From positions 1,504,001 to 1,568,000 of the forward strand of contig CAWHFW010000005.1 in NCBI GenBank assembly GCA_963828735.1: a DNA stretch of 64,000 bases, in the 5' to 3' direction. The translations under genes were made by a program, and so were the position numbers. The notes under the pieces are model-generated. The model did no database searches. It was not told the DNA's origin and worked only from the letters and a program-made list of their open reading frames with translations. Of this stretch, positions 9,610 through 19,509 are shown one piece after another. This stretch comes from an uncultured Gemmatimonadales bacterium. Its GTDB lineage: Bacteria > Gemmatimonadota > Gemmatimonadetes > Gemmatimonadales > GWC2-71-9. Position 1 is the stretch's first letter. Every line of letters starts with the position of its first letter.

Positions 9610-11071
9610 CGGTCACCATCAACTGACCGATCTCCGCCCGCGTCGCGCCGGCGGGCACTTCGACCAGCGACCCGCGAGTGGCCACGAGGATTCGGTCGGC
9701 GAGCGCGAGCACCTCGTCGAGATCGCTCGAATAGACCAGTACGGCGGCCCCTCCCGCCGCCGCCTCGCGCAGCTTGGTGTGGACCGACTCGGCGGCACGC
9801 AGGTCGAGTCCGCGGGCGGGGTTCTCCGCCACGACCACACGCGGCTGCCTGGCCAGCTCGCGGCCGACGACGACCTTCTGCTGGTTCCCTCCGCTGAGCG
9901 AGGCGGCCGGAGCGTTTGGCCCCGGGGCGACCACGCCGTAGTCGCGCAGGAGGAGCGCCGTCTTCGCCCGGGCGACCTTCCAGTCCACCCGCCCTCGCCG
10001 AACCCAGGGGTCGTCCCGCCGCGACGCGAGGACCACGTTCTCCGTGAGGGTGAGCGAGGGAATCAGGCCTTCGGTCGTCCGGTCCTCCGGAATGAAGGCG
10101 ACCGGGCCTGCGACTTCCCGCCGGCCGCGAAGTGGCTGCAGCCGGCCGGCTACGGCGCGAAGCAGCTCGCGCTGTCCATTCCCTTCGACCGCGGCAATGC
10201 CTACGATCTCGCCGGCACGGATACTTAAGCTCGCACGGCGGACGGCGATGCCGTAACCTGAATCGCGCGGGACCTCGAGCTCCTCCAGGCGGACCAGGAC
10301 CGGCGGCTCCCGGCCGGGCTCGCGAATCGGCGGGGGAAGGTCGACACTCTGGCGGTCGCCTTCACCGATCATCGCGGCGGCAAGCGACGCGGACGATTGT
10401 CCCGCGACCGGCCCGGAAAAGACCACGGCGCCCTGCCGCAGCACGGTGACCCGGTCCGCCGACGCCAGTGCCTCGTCGAGCTTGTGCGTGATCAGCACCG
10501 CCGCCCCGCCCGCGTCGGTGAATGTGCGCACCACCCGCAGAAGCTCGTCGGCTTCGCCGGGCGCCAGGACGGCGGTGGGTTCGTCGAGCAGCAGAACCCT
10601 GGCATCGGAGGCCAGGGCCTTGACGATCTCCAGTCGCTGCTTGAGGGCGACGGAAAGCTGGCCCGCCCGCGCGTCAGGATCGAGCGGAAGCCCGACCCGT
10701 TCAGCGGTGGCTCGCACCCGCTCCCGCAGCCGTCCTGGCGCCACGGGCCAGCCGGCGGCGAGGGCCACGTTCTCCGCCACCGTAAATGCCGGCACCGACG
10801 TGAAGTGCTGGTGCACCATCCCGATGCCGAGCCCGCGCGCCACGCGGGGCGACGTGACGGCGCGGACGATCCCGTGCACCGCGACCTCCCCGGAATCCGA
10901 GCGAGAGAGGCCGTAGGCCACCTGCATCAGGGTCGTCTTGCCGGCGCCGTTCTCGCCTAGAAGCGCATGGATCTCGCCGGGAGCGAGCGTGAAATCGGCC
11001 CCGCGCAACGCGTGCACGGGGCCGAACCGCTTGTAAATCCCTCGGAGAGCGAGGGCGGCCGGCGGGTTCAC
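9599..11071 (-). CDS. ABC transporter ATP-binding protein (two ABC domains)
   Basis: GENGAGKTT, LLLDEPT, LSGGNQQK; GTG overlaps the Nif3 stop. Confidence 0.9.
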   Translation of the reverse strand: MNPPAALALRGIYKRFGPVHALRGADFTLAPGEIHALLGENGAGKTTLMQVAYGLSRSDSGEVAVHGIVRAVTSPRVARGLGIGMVHQHFTSVPAFTVAENVALAAGWPVAPGRLRERVRATAERVGLPLDPDARAGQLSVALKQRLEIVKALASDARVLLLDEPTAVLAPGEADELLRVVRTFTDAGGAAVLITHKLDEALASADRVTVLRQGAVVFSGPVAGQSSASLAAAMIGEGDRQSVDLPPPIREPGREPPVLVRLEELEVPRDSGYGIAVRRASLSIRAGEIVGIAAVEGNGQRELLRAVAGRLQPLRGRREVAGPVAFIPEDRTTEGLIPSLTLTENVVLASRRDDPWVRRGRVDWKVARAKTALLLRDYGVVAPGPNAPAASLSGGNQQKVVVGRELARQPRVVVAENPARGLDLRAAESVHTKLREAAAGGAAVLVYSSDLDEVLALADRILVATRGSLVEVPAGATRAEIGQLMVTGGR

Positions 11072-11892
11072 AAGCCCGTCGGGTGGTCGTGGAACTCCCA
11101 GTCGAGGTCGAACCGCTCCGCCAGGTGCGACGCGAGGGCCTGCACACCGAGGGTTTCCGTCGCGTAGTGCCCGGCGAAGATCACGTTGAGCCCCCATTCC
11201 ACGGCATCGAAGTAGGTATGGTGCGCGCCTTCGCCGGTGATGTAGGTGTCGAGGCCCGCCTCGCGCGCGGCGCCGATCATGTTACCGGCGCCGCCGGTGA
11301 TGATGCCGATGCGTCCGACGCGCTCGGGTCCGCCGGCGATCATGCGCGCGCCGGCGCTTGTGATCCCGAGCGCGTGGTTTACCTCCGCAACGAGCGCATC
11401 GCGCGATGCCAGACGCGCCGGGGCGTGACCCCAGACCCCGATCGGCACGCCCCGGTACTCCCCGAACCAACCCTCGATGGCGAGGCCGAGTCGCTCGGCG
11501 AGCACGACGTTGTTGCCGACCGTTGGATGCAGGTCGAGCGGGATGTGCGCGGAGTAGAGCGCGATGTCGTGCTCGAGCAGTGCCGCGACCCGGCGGTAGC
11601 GTCTGCCCGTGAGCGGGACGTTGCCGTCCCAAAAAAGCCCGTGGTGAACCAGCAGCAGGGGTGCTGCCCCTCCGTGCCCCGGGCCCTCGGCGATCACGCT
11701 CTCGATGGTTGTTTGCGAGGCGTCGACCGCCGCGACGATGCCGCCGATGAGGCCCTGGTTCTCGACCTGCAATCCGTTCACGGCATTCCGCTCGTCCGGG
11801 ACTTCGCGCACCCGCAGATACTCGTCGAGGTATTGCACCACCTCGGCGAGCGGCACGGCGCCGTCGTCGCCGGATGTCGAGTTCTTCACCAC
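11068..11892 (-). CDS. Nif3/DUF34 dinuclear metal-centre protein
   Basis: NGLQVE, VHHGLFW, HIPLDLHP..GNN, YITGE, AGHYATE. Confidence 0.92.
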   Translation of the reverse strand: MVKNSTSGDDGAVPLAEVVQYLDEYLRVREVPDERNAVNGLQVENQGLIGGIVAAVDASQTTIESVIAEGPGHGGAAPLLLVHHGLFWDGNVPLTGRRYRRVAALLEHDIALYSAHIPLDLHPTVGNNVVLAERLGLAIEGWFGEYRGVPIGVWGHAPARLASRDALVAEVNHALGITSAGARMIAGGPERVGRIGIITGGAGNMIGAAREAGLDTYITGEGAHHTYFDAVEWGLNVIFAGHYATETLGVQALASHLAERFDLDWEFHDHPTGL

Positions 11893-12929
11893 GGAGCCCC
11901 CACCAGTGCTGGTGCCGGCGTCGCGCGGCCTGCTGCGGGTGGGGCGAGCGCCTGCATCGACGCCGGTCGGGCTGCGGGCAGCAGGGTGCCGGCGGCGATG
12001 GAGTCCGCCGCGGCCCTCAGGCGCGCCTTGAGCGGGGCGGGGACGAGCGAGTCGAGGGCGGGGTTGGGCTCGTAGCGAACCACGCCAGTCGCGAGGCCGA
12101 AGGCCTCGACCTTGGGCTGGAACGTGCCTCGATTCACCTGCTGCGCTACCAGAAGAAATGCTCGAGGCAGGTCGATGATGGCGCTTCCGACCACCCGATT
12201 CGGCGCGAGCGACGATTGGTCGGCATTTGCCCCGAACACGTAGACGCCCGGCGATTCCTTGATCGCCTGAAACAGCCCCAACGCCGCGGCGTCCGCGTTG
12301 TGGTGGAACATGTCGGCGCCGACGCGGATCAGCGCGAGCGCAGCCTCGCGGCCCGCCGCGGCATCGTCAAAGCTGTTGAGGTAGATCTCCCGGCTCTGCA
12401 CCTTCGGGTTCACCGCCCTGGCGCCGTTCACCCAACCTTCGTAGGCCGCCTTGATCGGCGGCAGCTCGATGCCCCCGACGAAGCCGAGGATGTTGCTGCG
12501 CGTGAGGGCACCGGCCACCATCCCGGCGAGGTAGCTCGCGTCCTCGAGCTTGAAAATCAGAGGGGCGACGTTGCCGCGCGCCCGGGCGCCCGATGTCACG
12601 ATGAACACGGTTCTCGGGTATTCGGCCGAAACCCGCTCCGCCGGCGCTTGGAACTCGAACCCGTGCGCGAAGACCAGGTCGTATCCCTGCGCTGCGTACG
12701 AGCGCAGTGCCTCGTCCTGCTCCGCCGGCGTCCTGGCCTCGACATGACTGATGGCCACGCCCAATGAATCGTGAATCCGCTGGAGGCCGGCATACGCCCC
12801 CGAATTCCAGGCCGCGTCCGCGATGCTGCCCGGGGTAATGAGCCCGACGCGGATTCCCGTGTGTGCCTGGGGTGCGGCGCATGCCAGCAACGACACCATA
12901 CTAGCAGTTATGGGCCACTTAGAACCCAC
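11886..12929 (-). CDS. BMP family ABC substrate-binding lipoprotein (start uncertain, 12899-12998)
   Basis: LLAC lipobox, DAAWNSGAYAGL, GFEF, SYLAGMVAG. Confidence 0.85.
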   Translation of the reverse strand: MGSKWPITASMVSLLACAAPQAHTGIRVGLITPGSIADAAWNSGAYAGLQRIHDSLGVAISHVEARTPAEQDEALRSYAAQGYDLVFAHGFEFQAPAERVSAEYPRTVFIVTSGARARGNVAPLIFKLEDASYLAGMVAGALTRSNILGFVGGIELPPIKAAYEGWVNGARAVNPKVQSREIYLNSFDDAAAGREAALALIRVGADMFHHNADAAALGLFQAIKESPGVYVFGANADQSSLAPNRVVGSAIIDLPRAFLLVAQQVNRGTFQPKVEAFGLATGVVRYEPNPALDSLVPAPLKARLRAAADSIAAGTLLPAARPASMQALAPPAAGRATPAPALVGAPW

Positions 12930-12994
12930 TGGGGAGCCTCGAACGATGAAAGGCGGTACAAAGTTACTGATTTTCCACAACTTAGGCCGGCTTA

Positions 12995-13417
12995 TCAACT
13001 CTTGTGGGAATCCTCGGTTCCCAAACCCATTTCCCCGTGGTCCATCTTGACCTCGCCGGTCACCTTGGCCCCTTCGACGATGGCGATCCGCGGGGTATGG
13101 ATGTCCCCCGCGACGACGGCGGTCGCTTGGAGTTCCACCCGCTCGCGAGCCACGATGGCCCCACTCACCTGGCCGGCAACGACCGCCTCCTGGGTGTGGA
13201 GGTCGCCTTCGATGACGGCGCCTGCCGCCACCAGCACCTGCGCGGCGGCCCGGACGGTTCCGCGGACTCGACCCTCGACCCGCACGACGCCCTCGGTCTC
13301 GAGATCGCCGATCACCGTCATGTCACTCGCGATAATCGAGAAGGGTATTTGGTCGGTGCGGCGGCGGCGAAGCTCGTTCCCCTGTTCGTCCCGCGCCGGG
13401 TTGTTGAAGATCCCCAT
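12995..13417 (-). CDS. bactofilin (polymer-forming cytoskeletal protein)
   Basis: SIIASDMTVIGDL...VEGRV.G...IVEGAKVTGEVKM beta-helix repeats. Confidence 0.9.
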   Translation of the reverse strand: MGIFNNPARDEQGNELRRRRTDQIPFSIIASDMTVIGDLETEGVVRVEGRVRGTVRAAAQVLVAAGAVIEGDLHTQEAVVAGQVSGAIVARERVELQATAVVAGDIHTPRIAIVEGAKVTGEVKMDHGEMGLGTEDSHKS

Positions 13418-14211
13418 CAGCTTCCCTCCTTGACCATGGTTCGCGGATCGAGCGAGACGCCCTTCTGGCGGACCTCGAAGTGCAGGTGCGGGGCGGTGGA
13501 GCGGCCGGTATTTCCGCTCAGTCCGATGACCTGACCGGGCGCAACGGAGGCCCCTGGCTGGACCAGAATGCGAGAGAGGTGGCCGTACATCGTCTGGTAG
13601 TCATCCGGATGATCGAGCAGCACGAACAGCCCGTACTCCGGGTCCTCACCGAGCTGGTGCACGGTGCCGCCGCCGGCGGCGCGCACCAGACTGCCTACTG
13701 CGACGGCGATGTCGATTCCGGGATGGACCTCGTCGCTGCCGCCGGAGCTCACCTGGCCGCGGGTGATGTATCCCGGCTCGTCCAGGGGCCATCGACGTGG
13801 AACGGACAGCCCGACCGAGGGCCCGCGCGGCGCATCTGCGAGGCGGGCAACAACAGGCGGTGCGACGGGCAACGCTGTACCGGCCGTCAGTGGGTCACGC
13901 ACGATGTCCCCGCCGATCATCTGGCGCACCTGTGCGTACCGTGACTCGACGCTGTCGAGTTCGGCGCTTAGCTGTCGGACCTTCGCATTGTCGGCTTTGA
14001 GCTTGGCCACCTGATGCTCGAGGCCCGGCACTCGCCCTGCCGCTCGCAGCAACGGGCCGTAGAGTGCAGCCACTACGATCGCCAGTACGGCCGCCGCGGC
14101 CATGAAACCCATGCCGGCGCGGAGCATCCAAAGCGGCAGGCGATAGGTCTGGGACGCCGTGGCGCCGTCCGGTTGGACGATGATCGTGACCGCGCGCGCA
14201 GCGCGCCTCAT
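13417..14211 (-). CDS. M23 family metallopeptidase with N-terminal TM and coiled coil
   Basis: HPGIDIA (HxxxD), YGHLS, STAPHLHFE (HxH). Confidence 0.9.
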   Translation of the reverse strand: MRRAARAVTIIVQPDGATASQTYRLPLWMLRAGMGFMAAAAVLAIVVAALYGPLLRAAGRVPGLEHQVAKLKADNAKVRQLSAELDSVESRYAQVRQMIGGDIVRDPLTAGTALPVAPPVVARLADAPRGPSVGLSVPRRWPLDEPGYITRGQVSSGGSDEVHPGIDIAVAVGSLVRAAGGGTVHQLGEDPEYGLFVLLDHPDDYQTMYGHLSRILVQPGASVAPGQVIGLSGNTGRSTAPHLHFEVRQKGVSLDPRTMVKEGS

Positions 14212-15104
14212 CCCTGGAAGGGGCGACCGAGGATCAGCTCGAGCAGGCGGGCGAGATCGTCGTTCGAGTAGTAGCTCAGGGTCAGGAACCCTCGGCCCCG
14301 GCGGCGGGTCGTGACCCGCACGTCCGTGCCGAGGTGCTTGCGAAGCGCGTCCTCGACTCGCTTGGCGTCGGCCGTCGAGGTTCGGGCCGCGGGGCGCGCC
14401 CGGCGGGGTGGGGTCGCCGTGGCGTTCGACGACGCGGGGAGGTCGCCGCGCACGCGCGCTTCCATCTCGCGGACCGACCAACCTTCCTCGGCGGCTTGGC
14501 GGGCGAGCGCCACCATCGCCTCCGGCTCGGCGAGCGCGAGGAGCGCGCGCGCGTGGCCCTCGGACAGCTTCCGTGCATGTACCAACGACTGCACCTCCGC
14601 CGGGAGCTGTAGCAGCCGGAGCAGATTGGCGATCGTCGCACGATTACGTCCGACCAGCCGGGCGATCTCGGTGTGCGGCAGTGCGAATTCAGCTGCCAGC
14701 CGTTGGTAGCCGGCCGCCTCATCGATCGGCGAGAGATCGTCCCGCTGGAGGTTTTCGATCAGGGCGAGCGTCAACAGGGTCTGGTCGTCCACGTCCTTGA
14801 CGACGGCGGGAATCTTGGTCCAACCGAGGCGGGACGCCGCCCGCCAACGGCGCTCGCCCGCGATCAGCTCGAAGCCACCGCCCTGCGGACGCACGACGAC
14901 CGGCTGCAAGAGGCCGGAGACCTGCATCGACGCGACGAGCTCGTCCAACGGACCTTCGTCCATCCGGGTGCGGGGCTGATACGGATTGGGCTTGACGCTC
15001 GCCATCGGAAGCTCGCGCAGCGCACCCGACGCCTCCGCCTGTTCGCGTGACACCGGCCCGAGCAGGGCTTCGAGCCCGCGACCCAGCCGCTTCGTCTCGC
15101 TCAT
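14208..15104 (-). CDS. parB: chromosome partitioning protein ParB
   Basis: LGRGLEALL, NPYQPR, IAGERRWRA, LIENLQR. Confidence 0.95.
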   Translation of the reverse strand: MSETKRLGRGLEALLGPVSREQAEASGALRELPMASVKPNPYQPRTRMDEGPLDELVASMQVSGLLQPVVVRPQGGGFELIAGERRWRAASRLGWTKIPAVVKDVDDQTLLTLALIENLQRDDLSPIDEAAGYQRLAAEFALPHTEIARLVGRNRATIANLLRLLQLPAEVQSLVHARKLSEGHARALLALAEPEAMVALARQAAEEGWSVREMEARVRGDLPASSNATATPPRRARPAARTSTADAKRVEDALRKHLGTDVRVTTRRRGRGFLTLSYYSNDDLARLLELILGRPFQG

Positions 15105-15916
15105 GTCGTCACCTCCGGGAGGGGCGCCGAGATCTCGCTGGCGGGCAGATTCTCCACCCGCCGCATCAGCTCCTGCGCCACGGAGAGATAGCTCTTGGCG
15201 CCGACCGACTGCACGTCGTAGAGCAGGATCGGCTTGCCGAAGCTCGGCGCCTCCGCGAGGCGGACGTTCCGTGGAATCGGGGTCACGAACATCTTCGCGC
15301 CGAAGTACTCCTTGGCGTCTTCGGCGACCTGGCGGCAGAGGTTGAGACGCGCGTCGTACATCGTGAGCAGTACGCCGCTGATCGCGAGCCCGGGATTGAA
15401 GTTCTGCTGCACCAGGCGAACCGTGTTGAGCAGCTGGGAGATGCCCTCGAGGCCGTAGTACTCGCATTGAATCGGAATGAGCACCGTGTTGGCGGCGGCG
15501 AGTACGTTGAGGGTGAGGAGTCCAAGCGAGGGTGGGCAGTCGACGACGACGTAGTCATAGTCGGCCTGCAGGCTTTCCAGGACCGATCGTAGGGCCGCCT
15601 CCCGATGACTGCGATCCACCAGCTGCAGTTCGGCACCCACCAGATCCTGCGTCGCCGGCAGGACCTCGAGGTGGGGAAGACCGGGTCCGGGAAGGATGAC
15701 CTCGCGCGGCGACCGGCCTTCCACCAGCGAGTCATAGAGGGAGAGCTGGAGCTCGTGCTTGGCGATGCCGACCCCGCTGGTAGCGTTGCCCTGGGGGTCC
15801 GCATCGACGAGGAGCGTCCGACGCTCCGCGATGGCGAGCGAGGCTGCCAGATTGACGGCCGTCGTGGTTTTCCCGACGCCGCCCTTCTGATTGGCGATAG
15901 CGACGATATGGGCCAT
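15101..15916 (-). CDS. parA: chromosome partitioning ATPase ParA/Soj
   Basis: NQKGGVGKTTT, DPQGNAT, DCPPSLG, IPRNVRLAEAPS. Confidence 0.95.
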   Translation of the reverse strand: MAHIVAIANQKGGVGKTTTAVNLAASLAIAERRTLLVDADPQGNATSGVGIAKHELQLSLYDSLVEGRSPREVILPGPGLPHLEVLPATQDLVGAELQLVDRSHREAALRSVLESLQADYDYVVVDCPPSLGLLTLNVLAAANTVLIPIQCEYYGLEGISQLLNTVRLVQQNFNPGLAISGVLLTMYDARLNLCRQVAEDAKEYFGAKMFVTPIPRNVRLAEAPSFGKPILLYDVQSVGAKSYLSVAQELMRRVENLPASEISAPLPEVTT

Positions 15917-16053
15917 GAAGGGCTGCTGACCTATAAGATGCTGTTGATAAACGACTTACACGATTTGGCGAGTTGGCTGCCAGGTGGGGGATTCACGATC
16001 GGCGCCAACGGTGACAATATAGGACGGCAGCGGTCAGATGCCAACGCCGGGAG

Positions 16054-16069
16054 CGTTTCACGTGAAACA
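16054..16069. promoter_or_regulatory. parS site 1
   Basis: CGTTTCACGTGAAACA matches the parS palindrome; lies upstream of parA. Confidence 0.92.
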
Positions 16070-16100
16070 AAGCGCCTCAGGGAGGCGCCGGTTTGCCTCT

Positions 16101-16116
16101 CGTTTCACGTGAAACC
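16101..16116. promoter_or_regulatory. parS site 2
   Basis: CGTTTCACGTGAAACC. Confidence 0.9.
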
Positions 16117-16123
16117 GGTGGTA

Positions 16124-17983
16124 CTACCCGACTCGGCGCCTCATGACCTCCATGACGAGTGATTGCAGATCGCTCGGAGAGACTCCCGGAATCCTGCCCG
16201 CCTGGCCGAGACTCGTGGGGCGAGCTGCGTTCAGTTTCTCACGAGCCTCGAAAGACAAAGTTCCCAGCGCGTGATAATCGATGCCAGCGGGCAGCACGAA
16301 TCCGTCCAGTTGGGCGAGGCGCCCGGCGGCCGCACGCTCGCGGGACAGATATCCGGCGTACTTGAGCTCGATGTCGGCCCACTCGAAATCGCCATGCTCC
16401 ACTGACTCTCCGGTGGCTCCCAGCAGTGCCGCGATCGGAACACCTGGTCGTCGCGCGAGCAGGGCGACGCGGTGCGGCTCCTGAATCGCCGATGTGTCGG
16501 CATCGAGGAGAATCGGGTTGGCCACATCCGGCGTGATGACCGCACTCTCGGCACGAGCGAGGACGTCTTCCTCCCGGCGGAGCCGACGCTCCGCCGCCCT
16601 TCGCTCGTCATCGGACAACAGTCCGCGTCCCGTCGCAACAGGCAGTAGGCGTCGCAGCGCATTGTCTTGTCGGAGCAGGAGACGGAACTCGGAGCGCGAC
16701 GTGAACAGCCGATAAGGCTCGTCGACACCCCGGGTCACCAGATCGTCTACCAGCACGCCCAGGAATGCTGTGTCGCGCTGCAAGACCACTGGCTCGCGGT
16801 CGAGCGCAAACGCCGAGGCATTGATTCCGGCAATGGCGCCTTGGCCTGCGGCCTCCTCATACCCCGTCGTTCCGTTGACTTGGCCAGCGAGAAAGAGACC
16901 CGGTACCACCCGCGCTTCGAGTGTCGGAAGCAGCTGGGTGGGAGGGAAATAGTCGTACTCGATTGCATAGCCTGGCCGAGTCATTCGGACGTTTTCGAGG
17001 CCAGGAATGGTACGCAAGAATTCAAGTTGAATTGCTGGCGGCAACGAGGTCGAGAGCCCGTTCACGTACATCTCGTTCGTGTCCAGCCCCTCAGGCTCCA
17101 GGAAGACCTGGTGGCCGGCAGCGTGAGGGAACTTGACGATCTTGTCCTCGATGGACGGACAGTACCGCGGGCCGCGGCCGCTGATGGCGCCGCCATACAA
17201 CGCCGACTGCTTCAGGTGACGGACGATGATGTCCCGGAGCTCATCACCTGATTTCGTCAGGTAGCACGGGAGTTGAGCAGGGTGTACCAGGCGCGCATGG
17301 AAGGAGAACCAGAAAGGAGCCGACTCCCCATCCTGTCGGTCGAGCCGGCCCAGATCGACCGATCGACCGTCGATGCGTGGAGGGGTTCCTGTCTTGAAAC
17401 GAGACGACGTAATTCCAAGCGTTTCAATGGCTTGCGCGATTTCGAGCGCCGGAGCTTCGCCGGCCCTTCCGGCCGGAACCTGAGTCTCCAAGCCCATGTG
17501 GATCTGTCCCCGCAGGAATGTGCCGGCCGTCAGGACGATTGACCTGCAGTCGTACCGACGCCCATCCTGCGTGACCACACCGCCGATCGAGCCCCGGTCC
17601 ACGATCAACCGGGTGACCGTGCCTTGAGCAAGCTCGAGTTCGGGGAAACGTTCCAGTTCGGTACGCATGGCCCTGCGATACAGTCCCCGATCACACTGCG
17701 CCCGCGGCGACCACACAGCCGGGCCTTTCGACCGATTGAGCATGCGAAATTGGATCCGCGCCCGATCGGTGGCCCGTCCCATCACGCCGCCGAGTGCATC
17801 GACCTCACGCACCACGGTGCCCTTCGCAATCCCGCCGATGGCGGGATTGCACGACATCTGTCCGATGGTCTCGAGATTCTGGGTCAGCAGGAGAGTGCGG
17901 GCACCGGTGCGCGAGGAAAGCGCGGCCGCTTCCGAACCGGCGTGCCCTCCCCCAATGACGATCACGTCGTATCGCTGCTTCAT
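16124..17983 (-). CDS. mnmG: tRNA U34 carboxymethylaminomethyl modification enzyme MnmG/GidA
   Basis: [47 protein letters not shown]. Confidence 0.96.
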   Translation of the reverse strand: MKQRYDVIVIGGGHAGSEAAALSSRTGARTLLLTQNLETIGQMSCNPAIGGIAKGTVVREVDALGGVMGRATDRARIQFRMLNRSKGPAVWSPRAQCDRGLYRRAMRTELERFPELELAQGTVTRLIVDRGSIGGVVTQDGRRYDCRSIVLTAGTFLRGQIHMGLETQVPAGRAGEAPALEIAQAIETLGITSSRFKTGTPPRIDGRSVDLGRLDRQDGESAPFWFSFHARLVHPAQLPCYLTKSGDELRDIIVRHLKQSALYGGAISGRGPRYCPSIEDKIVKFPHAAGHQVFLEPEGLDTNEMYVNGLSTSLPPAIQLEFLRTIPGLENVRMTRPGYAIEYDYFPPTQLLPTLEARVVPGLFLAGQVNGTTGYEEAAGQGAIAGINASAFALDREPVVLQRDTAFLGVLVDDLVTRGVDEPYRLFTSRSEFRLLLRQDNALRRLLPVATGRGLLSDDERRAAERRLRREEDVLARAESAVITPDVANPILLDADTSAIQEPHRVALLARRPGVPIAALLGATGESVEHGDFEWADIELKYAGYLSRERAAAGRLAQLDGFVLPAGIDYHALGTLSFEAREKLNAARPTSLGQAGRIPGVSPSDLQSLVMEVMRRRVG

Positions 17984-18049
17984 CGGGAAACCTCTGGCAC
18001 GCCCAGGGACACGATCCTATCCTAGCACCGTCAAGCCCCGTTCGGTCAT

Positions 18050-18268
18050 ATGCCCTATCGGATGAAGATCGACCGCGGCCTGTGTACGGGCTACGCCGAG
18101 CGCGCCGGACTAGCGCCGAAGGTCTTCCGGCTCGGCGACGACAACGCCTCGGTCGTCGTGGATCCGGAGGGAAGTGACGACGAGGCGATTCTCGACGCGG
18201 CCCGTGCGTGCCCAGTGGATGCGATCACGCTCGTCGACGAGTTCGAAGAGGTGGTGTGGCCCCAGTAG
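18050..18268 (+). CDS. single-cluster ferredoxin (Fer4_13/15-like); one expected Cys is Arg
   Basis: IDRGLCTGYAERAGLAPKVF...AARACPVDAI. Confidence 0.75.
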   Translation: MPYRMKIDRGLCTGYAERAGLAPKVFRLGDDNASVVVDPEGSDDEAILDAARACPVDAITLVDEFEEVVWPQ

Positions 18269-18295
18269 TGGTCCGTTGTTTCGAACGCGCGCTTC

Positions 18296-18580
18296 TCAAC
18301 GAACCGCGTCAACGAGACGATGGATGCGCGCCACCTCGGCCGTCGGGATCAGGAGATCCCGGTGTTCGGGGCGGATACCGAACCTGTCGCACCGTCGCAG
18401 GAACTCCTCTTTCGATACTGCTTCGCCACCGGCATCGTGCACACCGACATCGTGCATGTGAACACCGCGCTCATCCTGGCTGTCGAAGCGTCCCACATAT
18501 GTCCTGGCGCCGTGCGTTTCGATGACGACCGTGATGCCATGCAGATCCTGATGGCCTGGATGAAAGACGTGGCCGGCCAC
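18296..18580 (-). CDS. His-rich hypothetical protein at the end of the suf operon
   Basis: GTG start with AGGAGGGG RBS, 13 nt after the bacilliredoxin stop; HVFHPGHQDLHG...YVGRFD...HMHDVGVH. Confidence 0.7.
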   Translation of the reverse strand: MAGHVFHPGHQDLHGITVVIETHGARTYVGRFDSQDERGVHMHDVGVHDAGGEAVSKEEFLRRCDRFGIRPEHRDLLIPTAEVARIHRLVDAVR

Positions 18581-18592
18581 GGTCCCCCTCCT

Positions 18593-19021
18593 TCAGACGG
18601 TCGCGCCGAAATGCCGATCGAAGGCGGCGGTCAAATCCGCGGCAATCGATTGAGGCGAGCGGCCTTCGATCTGATGCCGGTGCACGAAGTGCACGACTTC
18701 CCCGTCCTTGAGCAGAGCCACCGACGGACTGCTCGGCTGGTAGTCGGCGAAGTACTGGCGAGCCCGCGATGTCGCCTCCAGGTCCTGCCCCGCGAAGACC
18801 GTGACGATGCTCTGGGGCTTCACCCCGTGCTGGAGTGCCAGGCGAAGCGCTGGCCGCGCGTTCCCCGCAGCGCATCCGCAGACGGAGTTGACGAAGAGGA
18901 GCATGGTCCCGCGTTGGTCGCCGAGCGCGGTGTCGACGTCGGCTGCGGTGGTGAGCTCCCGGACCCCCATGCTGGTCATTTCCTGCCGCATCGGCGCCAC
19001 GAGGGCGGGGTTGTAAGGCAT
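18593..19021 (-). CDS. BrxA/BrxB family bacilliredoxin (YphP/YqiW)
   Basis: VNSVCGCAAGNARP, TVFAGQD, PSSPSVALLKDG, HRHQIEG. Confidence 0.9.
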   Translation of the reverse strand: MPYNPALVAPMRQEMTSMGVRELTTAADVDTALGDQRGTMLLFVNSVCGCAAGNARPALRLALQHGVKPQSIVTVFAGQDLEATSRARQYFADYQPSSPSVALLKDGEVVHFVHRHQIEGRSPQSIAADLTAAFDRHFGATV

Positions 19022-19026
19022 TCCCT

Positions 19027-19509
19027 TCACTCCTGAGATGGGTTGGTATCGCTGTGGCCGACAACGGCGTCGCCCGAGTTCGGGGCCGTTCCGAGTGCCG
19101 ATCGGAGCGTATGCCAGGCCAGGCTGGCACACTTCACTCGAACTGGAAACGCCGACACTCCGGAGAACACGGCCAGCTTGCCTAGGGTTTCCGCCTCGCC
19201 GGTGGGCAGCGTTCCGGTCACGAGCTGGTGAAACCGCGCGAACATCGCAGCGGCTTCCGCGCGGGTCTTTCCCTTGACTGCCCCCGTCATCAGCGACGCC
19301 GACGCGCGGGAAATGGCGCATCCGGCTCCCTGAAAGCTCACGTCGCCGATGACATCGCCGTCCATCCTGACCCACACCGTCACTTGGTCGCCACACAGAG
19401 GATTGTTGCCCTCGGCCTGGCCGCTCGCGTCGGCCAGGACCCGGTAGTTGCGAGGCGACCGATTGTGCTCGAGGATGACATTCTGGTACAGCTCGCCCAG
19501 GCTGGCCAT
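19027..19509 (-). CDS. sufU: SUF system NifU-like sulfur-transfer protein
   Basis: LYQNVILEH, NPLCGD, GCAIS.ASAS, RVKCASL. Confidence 0.92.
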   Translation of the reverse strand: MASLGELYQNVILEHNRSPRNYRVLADASGQAEGNNPLCGDQVTVWVRMDGDVIGDVSFQGAGCAISRASASLMTGAVKGKTRAEAAAMFARFHQLVTGTLPTGEAETLGKLAVFSGVSAFPVRVKCASLAWHTLRSALGTAPNSGDAVVGHSDTNPSQE

